The notes beneath the pieces were generated by a model, which saw only the letters and a list, made by a program, of their open reading frames with translations, did no database searches and was not told the DNA's origin. Position numbers and translations under genes: made by a program. A stretch of DNA of 64,000 bases from Candidatus Latescibacterota bacterium (GTDB lineage Bacteria > Latescibacterota > UBA2968 > UBA8231). Location of the stretch: assembly GCA_965221775.1 (NCBI GenBank), contig CBDCSU010000005.1, forward strand, positions 416,001 through 480,000. Reading direction: 5' to 3'. Below, piece after piece: positions 1 through 9,401 of the stretch (its first letter is position 1; each line of letters begins with the position of its first letter).

Positions 1-788
1 GCCACGAGGGATCGCCACCGGCGCTGGAGCGCTTCCAGGTCGGCGGCCACGTTCACGCGCGAGAACAGGTAGTTCTTGAGGAGGTCCGTGGTCGTCAGTT
101 CGAGGCCGCGCGCGTTGAGCGTCTCGAAGACGGTATAGGCGTTCAGCTCGTCGTCTACCGTGATCAGGATGAACAGAAACTGGCGGGCCACGGTCTCGGA
201 CAGAAGACTCGCCACACCCCTCCCGTCGCCTTGCAGCATGTCCGCCGATTCCAGGCGTTGCCTGAAGTAGTGAAAGCACTCGAGGAGCCGCCGGTTCGAC
301 TTCGGCAGCCCCCTGGGATTGAGGGGCTCCTTGAGTTGAACGAGGTAGTCCTGGTAGAAGGGATTGTCCGTCTCGTTCAGGTACAGCCGTGTGCTCTCGG
401 TGAGCGAGGCCGGATCCTTCTCGCCGATGAAGCGATTGCGAAGCTCCCGGCCTCGTTCCTTGTTGGCATCGACATCGATGCCCTGACCGGCCATCGTCTG
501 CAGCCGTTCGATGACTGCCAGGGCAAAGAGGCTCAGAGTAGCCAGGCGCTGCTGGCCGTCGATGACCAGAAATTCACGGTCACTCGTCCCTTCGACGACC
601 AGGGCACCCATGTAGTGGCGGTCTTCGGCGCGAGGGCTCAACTCGACGATGTCGTTCCAGAGGTCCTCCCACTGCTCCTGCGACCAGGAGTAGTCGCGCT
701 GGTACGGTGGCACGCGGTACAACTTGCCGTTGCCGATCAGTTCCATGTAGTTGATCGTGCGAGCGTTCAGGATGTTCGCTTTCGCCAT
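1..788 (-). CDS. DUF262-domain protein (GmrSD-type modification-dependent restriction endonuclease), runs off the window edge
   Basis: Manual minus-strand translation from ATG 788 gives MAKANILNARTINYMELIGNGKLYRVPPYQRDYSW...HYMG...IDGQQRL...FETLNARG, the DUF262 signature motifs. Absent from the ORF track because there is no stop inside the window. Confidence 0.9.
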   Translation of the reverse strand, partial: MAKANILNARTINYMELIGNGKLYRVPPYQRDYSWSQEQWEDLWNDIVELSPRAEDRHYMGALVVEGTSDREFLVIDGQQRLATLSLFALAVIERLQTMAGQGIDVDANKERGRELRNRFIGEKDPASLTESTRLYLNETDNPFYQDYLVQLKEPLNPRGLPKSNRRLLECFHYFRQRLESADMLQGDGRGVASLLSETVARQFLFILITVDDELNAYTVFETLNARGLELTTTDLLKNYLFSRVNVAADLEALQRRWRSLV

Positions 789-892
789 CAGGCCGCTCCA
801 ATCGCGATCAGCTCCCTCAGCCGGCTCCCGGGGCGCTTCCCTGGATTAAGATAGGACCATCCTCCCCGGACACCCTTCGAGCCGGCCGGCCC

Positions 893-1867
893 TCAGGACA
901 GCTGCTCGTAGGCGCGATGGACGATGTCGAGGTCGCGCCGGGCCCGTTCCAGGCTGGAGTACGGCGACGCCTCCCGGGGGGAGAGGCAGAGCAGGAAGTC
1001 CCTGGTCATGGCCCCGTAGCCCATGAGGTCGGCGAAGCCCGGGAGGCTGATCCCCCTGCGCCCGGGGCCGCGCACGTGGAGGTAGAGGCCGTTGCTCTCG
1101 AAGAGGATGCGGCCCTCGGCGCCGTCGACGCGGGAGTGCTGGAAGACGCCCTTGCCCAGGGTCGGCAGGTCCCAGGCGTAGAGCAGCTGCGCCTCCAGGC
1201 CGCCGTCCCAGGTCAGGCTCAGGCGGCAGCGCCGCTCGGGTGAGCCCCTCCGGGCCGTGGGGAACCCGGCCTTCACCTCGACCGGCGCGCGCACCGGGGC
1301 CGGCTCCCGGCGGCGCGCCAGGGCCGCGTCGGCGAGGTCGGCGATGAGGGCCACGAAGTGGATGCCGCCCTCCAGCAGGGCGCCGTACCCGGCCTTCCAG
1401 CCCTCGGACTGCTGGGCCGTGAGCTTCTTCACCCGCATGGACTCCACGGCGCCGACGCCGTCCCAGGTGACGATCTCCCGCATCAGGACCTGGGAAGGCT
1501 TGTAGTAGTAGTTCTCGGCGACCATGACGAAGGCGCCGTCGGGCGCCGCGGCGGCGGCCTCCTCGATGCGCCGCAACTCTCCGGCATCGACGCACAGGGG
1601 CTTCTCCACCAGGACCGGGGTCCCGGTGGCCAGGGCCTGCAGGGTCTGGTCGGCGTGCATCTCCGGCGGCGTGGCGACGACCACGCCGTCGCTGGACTCC
1701 ACCAGCTCGCGGAAGCTGTCGCAGACGCGGCCCCTGAACTCGCGGGCGAAAGCCTCGGCCCGCGAGCGGGTGCGGTTGTGGAAGCGCAGCTCCACCCCCC
1801 GCTCGGCCAGGTTGCGGGCGTGGATGCGGCCGATGCCGCCGCACCCGGAGAGCCCGACGCGCTTCAT
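893..1867 (-). CDS. Gfo/Idh/MocA family oxidoreductase
   Basis: MKRVGLSGCGGIG Rossmann motif, ATPP, VEKPL, GGIHF. Its start overlaps the GMC stop (ATGA). Confidence 0.88.
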   Translation of the reverse strand: MKRVGLSGCGGIGRIHARNLAERGVELRFHNRTRSRAEAFAREFRGRVCDSFRELVESSDGVVVATPPEMHADQTLQALATGTPVLVEKPLCVDAGELRRIEEAAAAAPDGAFVMVAENYYYKPSQVLMREIVTWDGVGAVESMRVKKLTAQQSEGWKAGYGALLEGGIHFVALIADLADAALARRREPAPVRAPVEVKAGFPTARRGSPERRCRLSLTWDGGLEAQLLYAWDLPTLGKGVFQHSRVDGAEGRILFESNGLYLHVRGPGRRGISLPGFADLMGYGAMTRDFLLCLSPREASPYSSLERARRDLDIVHRAYEQLS

Positions 1868-3366
1868 CCCCGCTCCTTCCCGGCGATGGCCGGGGCCACG
1901 CGCAGGGCGTTGGCGGCGATCGTCAGGCTCGGGTTGACGCCGCCGCTGGCGGCAAAGCAGGAGCCGTCCACGACCCACAGGTTGTCCACCCCCCAGAGCC
2001 GGCATTGCGGGTCCAGGGCGCCCTCGTGGGGAGACTCGGCCATGCCCACGGAGCCGACTCCGTGGGAGAAGGTGTCGATCTCGTAGACCCGGGTGGTCCA
2101 GGCGCCGGCGGCGCGCAACAGCCGGCGGGCCCGGGCCACGAGGTGATCCCGGCGGCGCAGGTCGGCGGCGCTGTACCCGTGGTCGACGCGCGGGACTCTG
2201 GCGCCGAAGCGGTCGGTCTCGTCGGAGAGGGTGACCCGGTTCTCCGGCCGGGGGTCGTCCTCGGCGACGCACAGCAGGTTCTGCATGTAGGCGGACAGCC
2301 AGCCGGCGAGCCTCTTCAGGCCCGGGGGCGCGTGGTGGCGGATCACCGATGCCGCCGGAGTGTAGATGTCCTGCACCGTCCCCGTGGCCGTGCCCAGCTC
2401 GGCGCGCAGGTCGTCGTAGAACTCGGTGAAGCAGAGCTGCTTGTGGAAGACCTGGCGCGGGTTCGTGGGGGCGCGGAAGATGCCGGCCACCACGGCGTTG
2501 CAGTGCCGCATCAGGCGCCGTCCGATCCAGCGGCCGCCCGGGCGTCCCCCCTCGCCGAGGCCGGAGCGCAGCAGCAGCGCCGGCGAGTGCAGGGCGCCGG
2601 CGGCGACGACGAAGCGGCCGGCCTCGATCTGGTGACCGGCCCCGGTCTCGACGTCGACGCACTCCAGGGCCGCGGCGCGATCCCCATCGAGGCGCAGGCG
2701 CAGGGCCGCCAGGCCGGCGCGGACCTCGAGCCCCAGCTCCGCCGCCCGGCGCAGCACGGTCACGGCGAGGTCGTTCTTCGCCTCGATCTTGCAGGGGAAG
2801 CCGTCGCAGGTGTTGCACAGGATGCAACGGGGGCGGGACTCGTCGGAGAAGTTGAGGGCCAGGGGGATGGGAAAGGGCCTCCAGCCGAGGCCCTCGGCGG
2901 CGTCTCGCAGCCGCAGGGCGGGCTCCGTGCACGGGACGGGCGCCCGCGGATAGGCCGCGGACCTGCGGGGCTCGCAGGGGTCGGCGCCGGCCTCGCCGTG
3001 CACGTCGAGGAGCGCCTCGGCCCGCGTGTAGTGGGGCTCCAGCTCCAGGTATGAGACCGGCCACCGGTCGAGATCGGCCTCGCGCAGGCGCAGGGAAGCG
3101 CCGCCGTAGACCACGGAGTTGCCTCCCAGCATCTCCATCGGCCGCAGCGGCGCGTACCGCCGGGCGCCGTACTGCCGCACCTGGACCGGAGACGCGCCAC
3201 GGTAGCGGTCGCCGATGAGCACCTGGCGCGGGTCCCAGTCGCCGTCGTCGCGGCGCACCGGCCGGCCGCGCTCGACCAGCAGCACCCGCAGTCCCGCCTC
3301 GGTCAGGGCCAGGGCGCTGAAGGCGCCGCCGAAACCGGAGCCGATGACGACGGCGTCGTACGCCAT
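1864..3366 (-). CDS. GMC family FAD-dependent oxidoreductase
   Basis: YDAVVIGSGFGG FAD motif, LGGNSVVYG, CILCNTCDGFPC, and C-terminal HGVGSVGM...VVDGS...GVNPSLTIAANA. Confidence 0.92.
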   Translation of the reverse strand: MAYDAVVIGSGFGGAFSALALTEAGLRVLLVERGRPVRRDDGDWDPRQVLIGDRYRGASPVQVRQYGARRYAPLRPMEMLGGNSVVYGGASLRLREADLDRWPVSYLELEPHYTRAEALLDVHGEAGADPCEPRRSAAYPRAPVPCTEPALRLRDAAEGLGWRPFPIPLALNFSDESRPRCILCNTCDGFPCKIEAKNDLAVTVLRRAAELGLEVRAGLAALRLRLDGDRAAALECVDVETGAGHQIEAGRFVVAAGALHSPALLLRSGLGEGGRPGGRWIGRRLMRHCNAVVAGIFRAPTNPRQVFHKQLCFTEFYDDLRAELGTATGTVQDIYTPAASVIRHHAPPGLKRLAGWLSAYMQNLLCVAEDDPRPENRVTLSDETDRFGARVPRVDHGYSAADLRRRDHLVARARRLLRAAGAWTTRVYEIDTFSHGVGSVGMAESPHEGALDPQCRLWGVDNLWVVDGSCFAASGGVNPSLTIAANALRVAPAIAGKERG

Positions 3367-4178
3367 CACCCCCGCGCGGCGGGGAGCACCGCCTCCACGA
3401 CGTAGAGGACCGCCAGGGCGGCGATGATGACCAGGGCCGCGTAGTGGAAGCGCTCCCGCATCCGCAACTCGGCCTCGCGGCGCGGCAGGTCGGGGCGGAA
3501 CTTCCCGGACATGTTGCGCTGCACGTAGGTCTTGTAGTACTCGACAGCGAAGCGCTCGAGGCCGCCGTTCATGTAGATCAGGAACCCCAGGCCTACCGCC
3601 GGTCCCCCGGGATTGGCGAAGTAGAACAGAGGACTGAGCAGGGCCAGCACGAGCCCCGAGCGCTGGAACTTCAGGGGCCGGAAGCCCTCGAAGGGGGCGT
3701 CCTTGTAGGCGCCGCCGAGGGAGACGAGGAGGCCGGTGGCATAGGCGGTGACCAGGAAGACCCAGAACCGCTCCACCGGCATCTCGATCCAGAGGACGGC
3801 GAAGACGGCGGCGACGATCGCCGTGCCCGCGGCGTAGCGCGCCAGGTCGCTGTCCACGTGGCGGCCGAAGAAGGTGATGCGCGACGGGACGAAGTACTTG
3901 GCCTGGTCCTCGGTGCGGAAGAAGCCCTTGTAGATCTCGGCCAGGAACCGCTCGAGTCCCATGATGAGGAAGAACAACTGGAACAGGGTCAGGTCGCCGA
4001 GGCGCGCTCGCAATGGCGGAACCAGGTAGAGCAAGGCGAAGAGGGCGAGGTGGAACCAGATGCTGCGCGGGAAGGTCCGCGGCTTCCAGCCCTCGTAGGG
4101 CGAGTCCTTGAAGGCGCCCCAGAGACTGGTGTAGAGCCCGGAGACGACGGTCACGAGAAGCTGAAGGGCCACCGGCAT
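3366..4178 (-). CDS. Uncharacterised integral membrane protein with a two-fold internal repeat
   Basis: About 7 hydrophobic segments. Duplicated motifs GAFKDSPYEG/GAYKDAPFEG and GLERFLAEIYK/GLERFAVEYYK. TGATG coupling to the GMC gene. Confidence 0.8.
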   Translation of the reverse strand: MPVALQLLVTVVSGLYTSLWGAFKDSPYEGWKPRTFPRSIWFHLALFALLYLVPPLRARLGDLTLFQLFFLIMGLERFLAEIYKGFFRTEDQAKYFVPSRITFFGRHVDSDLARYAAGTAIVAAVFAVLWIEMPVERFWVFLVTAYATGLLVSLGGAYKDAPFEGFRPLKFQRSGLVLALLSPLFYFANPGGPAVGLGFLIYMNGGLERFAVEYYKTYVQRNMSGKFRPDLPRREAELRMRERFHYAALVIIAALAVLYVVEAVLPAARG

Positions 4179-4304
4179 GGGGCGGCAAAGATACCGGCCT
4201 CCCGGGTGGACCGAAAGCCGGCCGCCCCTTTGGCCGCCGCGAGGGACGGTCTTTAGTATTGCCCCCTTTCCCGCCCCTCTTCCACCGACCCCGGAGCCCT
4301 CTAC

Positions 4305-5168
4305 ATGCGACTCGGAGTGGTGGGCCTGCTGCCCGCCGATTTCCGCGACATCACGCCCGCACATCTCTCCGCCATCGCCGGCCTGGGACTGACCGGGGCC
4401 GGCAGCCACGCCAGCGGCGAGATCCTCGGCGAGGCCACGCCCGACCAGTGTGCCAGCGTGCGGGCGGTCTTCGAGGGAGCCGGTATGGACCTCGTGCAGT
4501 TCGGCATCGGCTACGGCGGGTGCCTCTTCGATCCCGACCAGGCGGTGCGGGCGCGTCTGCTCGACACGGTCGGCCGCGGCATCGAGGTCTCGGCCGCCCT
4601 CGGCGCCCACTACTGCCTGATCCGCACGGGGAGTCTGAATCCGGCCGGGTCCTACGCCCCCGGCCCGGAGAACCACCGGCCCGAGTGCCGGGACCGCCTG
4701 CTGGTGTCGCTGCGGCGGACCGCCGCCAAGGCCGAGGCCGAGGGAGTCACCATGGTCGTCGAGACCCACCTGCTGACGATCATGGACTCGCCCGAGACCA
4801 ACGCCTCTCTCCTCGCCGAGGTCGGCTCCGAGCGCCTGCGGGTGGTCATGGACTGCGCCAACCACTTCCAGGCCGTGCACCAGGTCTACGACTCGCGCCC
4901 CCGCCTCGACCACATCTTCGAGCACATGGGGCCCATCGCCGGCTGCGGCCACCTCAAGGACGCGGCCGTGCGCGGCGGCTTCGTCAGCCACGTGGACGAG
5001 GAGGTCCCGGGCGAGGGCGACCTCGACCTCGGGTACCTGCTGCAGCGCTGGCAGAAGATCCGGCCCGAGGGCTACATGCTCCTGGAGCACCTGCCGGACG
5101 AGAAGTACCCCCTCGCCGCGGCCAACGCCCACCGCATCGCGGCGCGGGCCGACGTGGAGATCCACTGA
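4305..5168 (+). CDS. Sugar phosphate isomerase/epimerase (xylose isomerase-like TIM barrel)
   Basis: VETH, MDCAN, HLKD, PGEGDLD and LLEH metal-binding pattern. Confidence 0.85.
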   Translation: MRLGVVGLLPADFRDITPAHLSAIAGLGLTGAGSHASGEILGEATPDQCASVRAVFEGAGMDLVQFGIGYGGCLFDPDQAVRARLLDTVGRGIEVSAALGAHYCLIRTGSLNPAGSYAPGPENHRPECRDRLLVSLRRTAAKAEAEGVTMVVETHLLTIMDSPETNASLLAEVGSERLRVVMDCANHFQAVHQVYDSRPRLDHIFEHMGPIAGCGHLKDAAVRGGFVSHVDEEVPGEGDLDLGYLLQRWQKIRPEGYMLLEHLPDEKYPLAAANAHRIAARADVEIH

Positions 5169-5932
5169 TGCCGGCCCCCTCGTACGTGCCGGTGCGGCGG
5201 GCCTCGGTGGAGGTGCTCTTCACGCTGGAGAAGGAGGCCGCCAAGCCGAACGGCCTGCAGTACGACGCCGCCAGCGACCGGCTGCTGGCCGCCGACCAGC
5301 GCGACGGCGCCCTGATCACGGTGGAGGACCCGCGGGGCCAACGACGGCAGAGCGAGTTCGCCGCCGGCTCCACCGGCCCGAGCGGCGTCACCGTCATGCC
5401 CTGGCAAGGGGACCGCATCACCGTCATGTCGGGCACCCACGCCCCCGACCTGACGGTGATCGAGGACGACGGCCAGGTCTACTCCGTCGACCACCGCGGC
5501 GTGGGCACCGGCATCGTCGGCTTCTCCAAGGAGCCGGTCACCGGCCAGCACACCGGCTTCCACGGCCTCGAGTGGGACGGCAGCCACCTGTGGGCCGCCT
5601 CGCCCCCGGCGCGGAAGATCTTCCGCCTCGACCTTCAGCCCGACGCCGCCGGCCGGCCGGCGATCGCCGGCTGCTCGTGGTTCCCCCTGGTCTTCGGCAA
5701 CCGGCCCCACGGCCTGGCCTGGGCCGATCCCGCCCGGCGTACGGTGTGGTGCAACGACACCACTCTGAACTGCGTCTACCGCTACGACACGGTTACCGGC
5801 GAATGCGTGGAGATCCTGGTGCTGCCCGCCGACGCGCCGCTGAGCCACGGCATGACCATCGTCGACGGCGACCTGTGGTACTGCGAGGACAACACGGCCC
5901 GCATCTGCCGGGTCGTCAGAGAATCCGCCTGA
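5168..5932 (+). CDS. Beta-propeller protein (Vgb/NHL/glutaminyl cyclase-like)
   Basis: Repeated blade motifs PNGLQYD, PSGVTV, FHGLEWDG, PHGLAWAD, SHGMTIVDG. TGATG overlap with the upstream gene. Confidence 0.7.
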   Translation: MPAPSYVPVRRASVEVLFTLEKEAAKPNGLQYDAASDRLLAADQRDGALITVEDPRGQRRQSEFAAGSTGPSGVTVMPWQGDRITVMSGTHAPDLTVIEDDGQVYSVDHRGVGTGIVGFSKEPVTGQHTGFHGLEWDGSHLWAASPPARKIFRLDLQPDAAGRPAIAGCSWFPLVFGNRPHGLAWADPARRTVWCNDTTLNCVYRYDTVTGECVEILVLPADAPLSHGMTIVDGDLWYCEDNTARICRVVRESA

Positions 5933-6030
5933 CCTGAGTCAGATACGGATCGCGGCCTGAGTGGCCGCCCGTCCGGAGCGGGGCGCTGTGCAGGCCGGAG
6001 GGGCGAGGGCTGCTACCGACGGGGCGAGGT

Positions 6031-7041
6031 TCACCCCGGCATGCGCACCGCCGCGTCGCGGCGCTCGCGCATCCCCGACTGCATCGACTCCGGGTAGCGG
6101 AGAGGCAGCCGCGACACCTCTTCCAGCCGGACCCGCGCCTCGTCGGGCAGCCGCCAGCCGGCGGCGGCCAGGATGTCCCCCAGCTGCCCGACGTTGCGGG
6201 CGCCGCAGATGGCCGACGTGATCGCCGGCTGCTCCAGCACCCAGCGCACGGCCACCTCCGCCGGCGTGCGCTCCAGCTCCGCGGCCACGGCCAGCAGGGT
6301 CTCCAGGGTGCGGTCGGCGCTGTCGGCGAAGTAGGTCGCCGGATAGGCCCAGCCCTCCTCCGACCGGGTGCCGGCGGAGACGCGCTCGCCGGGGCGGTAC
6401 TTGCCGGTGAGGAAGCCGCCGCCCAGGGGCGACCACACGACGACGCCGAGCCCCTTGTGCAGGCACAGGGGGATCAGCTCCTGCTCGATGTCGCGGACCA
6501 CCAGGCTGTACTGGGGCTGGTAGCACTCGAAGCGGGACCAGCCGTTGTGGTCGCTGATCCACAGGCACTCCATGAGCCGCCAGGCCGGGTAGTTGCTGCA
6601 CGCCGTGTAGCGCACCTTGCCCTGGCGCACGAGGTCGTCCTGGGCCCGCAGCATCTCCTCCATCGGCGTCTGCACGTCCACGTGGTGGATGTAGTAGAGG
6701 TCGATGTAGTCGGTGCGCAGCCGCCGCAGGCTGTCCTCCACGGCGTTCAGGACGTGGACCCGGGACATGCCCGAGTCGTTGGGGCCGGGCCCCATGGGGT
6801 TGAAGAACTTGGAGGCGATCACCTGGTCCCGGCGCCGCCCCTCCAGGGCGCGGCCGAGGTACTGCTCCGAGAGGGTGCCGGCGTAGGTGTTGGCCGTGTC
6901 GAAGAAGTTCACGCCACCGTCGATGGCCAGGTCGACGATGCGGCGCGACTCCTCCTCGTCGGCGCCGTGGCCGAAGGTCATCGTGCCCAGGCAGATCTCG
7001 GAGACTTTGAGGCCGGAGCGGCCCATGCGTCTGTATTCCAT
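6031..7041 (-). CDS. Aldo/keto reductase
   Basis: MEYRRMGRSGLKVSEICLGTMTFG, DTANTY, SLRRLRTDYIDLYYIH, WSPLGGGFLTGKY. Confidence 0.95.
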   Translation of the reverse strand: MEYRRMGRSGLKVSEICLGTMTFGHGADEEESRRIVDLAIDGGVNFFDTANTYAGTLSEQYLGRALEGRRRDQVIASKFFNPMGPGPNDSGMSRVHVLNAVEDSLRRLRTDYIDLYYIHHVDVQTPMEEMLRAQDDLVRQGKVRYTACSNYPAWRLMECLWISDHNGWSRFECYQPQYSLVVRDIEQELIPLCLHKGLGVVVWSPLGGGFLTGKYRPGERVSAGTRSEEGWAYPATYFADSADRTLETLLAVAAELERTPAEVAVRWVLEQPAITSAICGARNVGQLGDILAAAGWRLPDEARVRLEEVSRLPLRYPESMQSGMRERRDAAVRMPG

Positions 7042-7116
7042 GGCGCCTGAAGGTATCGCCTCCGGCACCGGGGCTCCAGCGCTGACCCGGTCCCGGCGGC
7101 GGCCTATCTTCCCGCC

Positions 7117-8472
7117 ATGGCCGACCCCACCGCCCCCCTGAAGCGCTGCGAGCTGCACGTCCACGCCGGCGGCTGCCTCTCGGTGGAGGACCTGATCGAG
7201 ATGGCCGCCGGCCGCGCCGGCGACATCGACTGGAGCCCGTACGTGGAGGCTTTCGAGGCCTCCTACGGCCGGCGCCCCGACCCGGAGGCCATGTTCCGCC
7301 GCGCCGCCGGGTGCGACCCGGCCGCCGTGGAGGAGTTGCGCCGGCACTACGTCTTCACCGAGGAGGACGGTCCCGACTTCGCCCGGTTCTCGGCCAAGTT
7401 CGGCCTGCTGATCTGCATCGGCCGCCACTACATGAGGCACGTGCCCTGCGGCGGCCGCGAGGTCATGCGCCGCGCCCTCGACCACCACCGCAGCCGCGGC
7501 GTGCGCTACGTGGAGATGCGGGCCCACTTCGGCCGCACGGAGGACCTGCCGGGCTTCGTCGAGTTCCACCGGACCAACGCCGAGGTCGTCCTCCGGACGC
7601 GGGGCGGCGGCTTCGAGCCCCGCTACGTGCCCTCCCTGCCGCGCTCCTCGCCGCTGCCGGCGTACGACCTGCTGCGCCGCCTGATGGCCGAGCGGCCGGA
7701 GCTGGCCGAAGTCGTGGTGGGCGTCGACTTCTGCAACGTGGAGGAGGGCTTCCCCCCCCGGGGCGTGCGCGGCTTCTTCCGGCGGCTGGCGGCGGACAAC
7801 GACGCCGACCCGGGGGCCGCCCTGGAGGTCCTCTACCACGTGGGCGAGATCTACTTCGACAAGTCCCTCGAGAGCGCCGTGCGCTGGTGCCACGAGGCCG
7901 CCGAGCTCGGCTCCCGGCGCCTGGGCCACTGCATCGCCCTGGGCCTGGACCCGGAGGTCTCGGTGCGGCGGCGCGGCGTCTCCCACCTGTGGGAGCCGGT
8001 GGCCGAGCGCCTCGACCAGATCGACTACGACCTGCGCCACCGCCGGGGCCTGGAGGACGCCGGCGTGGAGGTGTCGCCGGCGGCCCTGGAGGCCGAGGGC
8101 GAGAGCCTCCGGGGGCGGGACCGCGCGGCCCTCTGCCGGAGGCCTTACGACGACCGCCGCCTCGACCAGGTTCGCCGGCGCCAGGAGTTCGTCCTCGGAG
8201 AGCTCGCCCGCCTGGGCGTGGTCGTCGAGTCCTGCCCCAGCTCCAACATGCGCCTCGGCAGCATCCCCCGGCCGGAGCTGCACCCCGTGCACCGCTTCCT
8301 CGACTCCGGCGTGGACCTCGTCATCGGCGCCGACGACCCCGGCATCTTCGAGTCGCCCCTGGCCGCCGAGGTCGACTGGGTCGCCCGCACCACCCACCTG
8401 TCCGCCGAGGCCCTCGCCGCGCGTCTCGGCGACCCCCTGCGGCACCGCCTTCGCAAAGGAGACCCCCCGTGA
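7117..8472 (+). CDS. Adenosine deaminase-like amidohydrolase
   Basis: ELHVH, HVGE, RRLGHC, ESCPSSN and GADDPGIF motifs, with a long insertion after RLGH. Confidence 0.8.
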   Translation: MADPTAPLKRCELHVHAGGCLSVEDLIEMAAGRAGDIDWSPYVEAFEASYGRRPDPEAMFRRAAGCDPAAVEELRRHYVFTEEDGPDFARFSAKFGLLICIGRHYMRHVPCGGREVMRRALDHHRSRGVRYVEMRAHFGRTEDLPGFVEFHRTNAEVVLRTRGGGFEPRYVPSLPRSSPLPAYDLLRRLMAERPELAEVVVGVDFCNVEEGFPPRGVRGFFRRLAADNDADPGAALEVLYHVGEIYFDKSLESAVRWCHEAAELGSRRLGHCIALGLDPEVSVRRRGVSHLWEPVAERLDQIDYDLRHRRGLEDAGVEVSPAALEAEGESLRGRDRAALCRRPYDDRRLDQVRRRQEFVLGELARLGVVVESCPSSNMRLGSIPRPELHPVHRFLDSGVDLVIGADDPGIFESPLAAEVDWVARTTHLSAEALAARLGDPLRHRLRKGDPP

Positions 8473-9266
8473 GCGACCGCCCCCGCATCGGCCTCGTCGG
8501 CTACGGCTACATCGGCGCCTACGTGTACGAGCAGATCACCACGCGGCCCGATCTCGGCCTCGACATCGCCTTCGTCCACAACCGCAGCCCCGGCCGGGTC
8601 GCCGGGCTGCCGCCGGAGCACATCCTCGAGGACCTGGGCGCCTTCGCGGGACGCGACCCCGACCTCGTCGTCGAGGTCGCCCACCCCGACATCACCCGCG
8701 ATCACGGCGGCGCCTTCCTCGAGGCCGCCGACTACATGCCCCTCTCCCTGACCGCCTTCGCCGACGCCGAGCTCGAAGCTCGACTCCTCGACACGGCGCG
8801 CTCCGCCGGCACCCGCCTCTTCGTCCCCCACGGCGCCGTGGTCGGCCTCGACGCCCTCGAGGAAGGCCGCGAGACCTGGGACGAAGTCGGCATGGTCATG
8901 AAGAAGCCCGTTCGCAGCCTCGACTTCTCCCGCGCCCCCGGCATCGACCCGGAGGCGATCACCACGGAGACCACCCTCTTCGACGGCACGGCCCGGGAGA
9001 TCTGCCCCCTCTACCCCCGCAACGTCAACTCCCACGCCGCCGTGGCCCTGGCCGGCATCGGCTTCGACCGCACCCGCTCGGTGCTGATCGCCGACCCGGC
9101 CCTGGAGGCCTCCATCATCGAGGTGGAGGCCCGCGGCGGCGGCGTGGAGATCTCCATCCGGCGCGAGAACCCGATGAAGGGCGTCAGCGGCGTGATGACC
9201 CTCATGTCGACGCTGGCCAGCATCGGCCGCGCCAAGGGGGATTTGCCGGGGCTGCGGGTTTGTTGA
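8469..9266 (+). CDS. Aspartate dehydrogenase-like (NadX/DUF108) protein
   Basis: GLVGYGYIG, VVEVA, GAVVGLD, FDGTARE...YPRNVNSHAAVALAG. GTGA overlap with the deaminase stop. Confidence 0.8.
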   Translation: MSDRPRIGLVGYGYIGAYVYEQITTRPDLGLDIAFVHNRSPGRVAGLPPEHILEDLGAFAGRDPDLVVEVAHPDITRDHGGAFLEAADYMPLSLTAFADAELEARLLDTARSAGTRLFVPHGAVVGLDALEEGRETWDEVGMVMKKPVRSLDFSRAPGIDPEAITTETTLFDGTAREICPLYPRNVNSHAAVALAGIGFDRTRSVLIADPALEASIIEVEARGGGVEISIRRENPMKGVSGVMTLMSTLASIGRAKGDLPGLRVC

Positions 9267-9401
9267 GCGTCAAGTCGAACGGGGTTGTAGTTCTACCCCT
9301 CGGGCCAGAGACTCGCACCTGACGAGCGAGGATAGGGGTACGCCCTCCGCAGCCCAATGCCCTGACACTGAGTAACTCCGGAGCCATCCGACGAGGAACG
9401 A

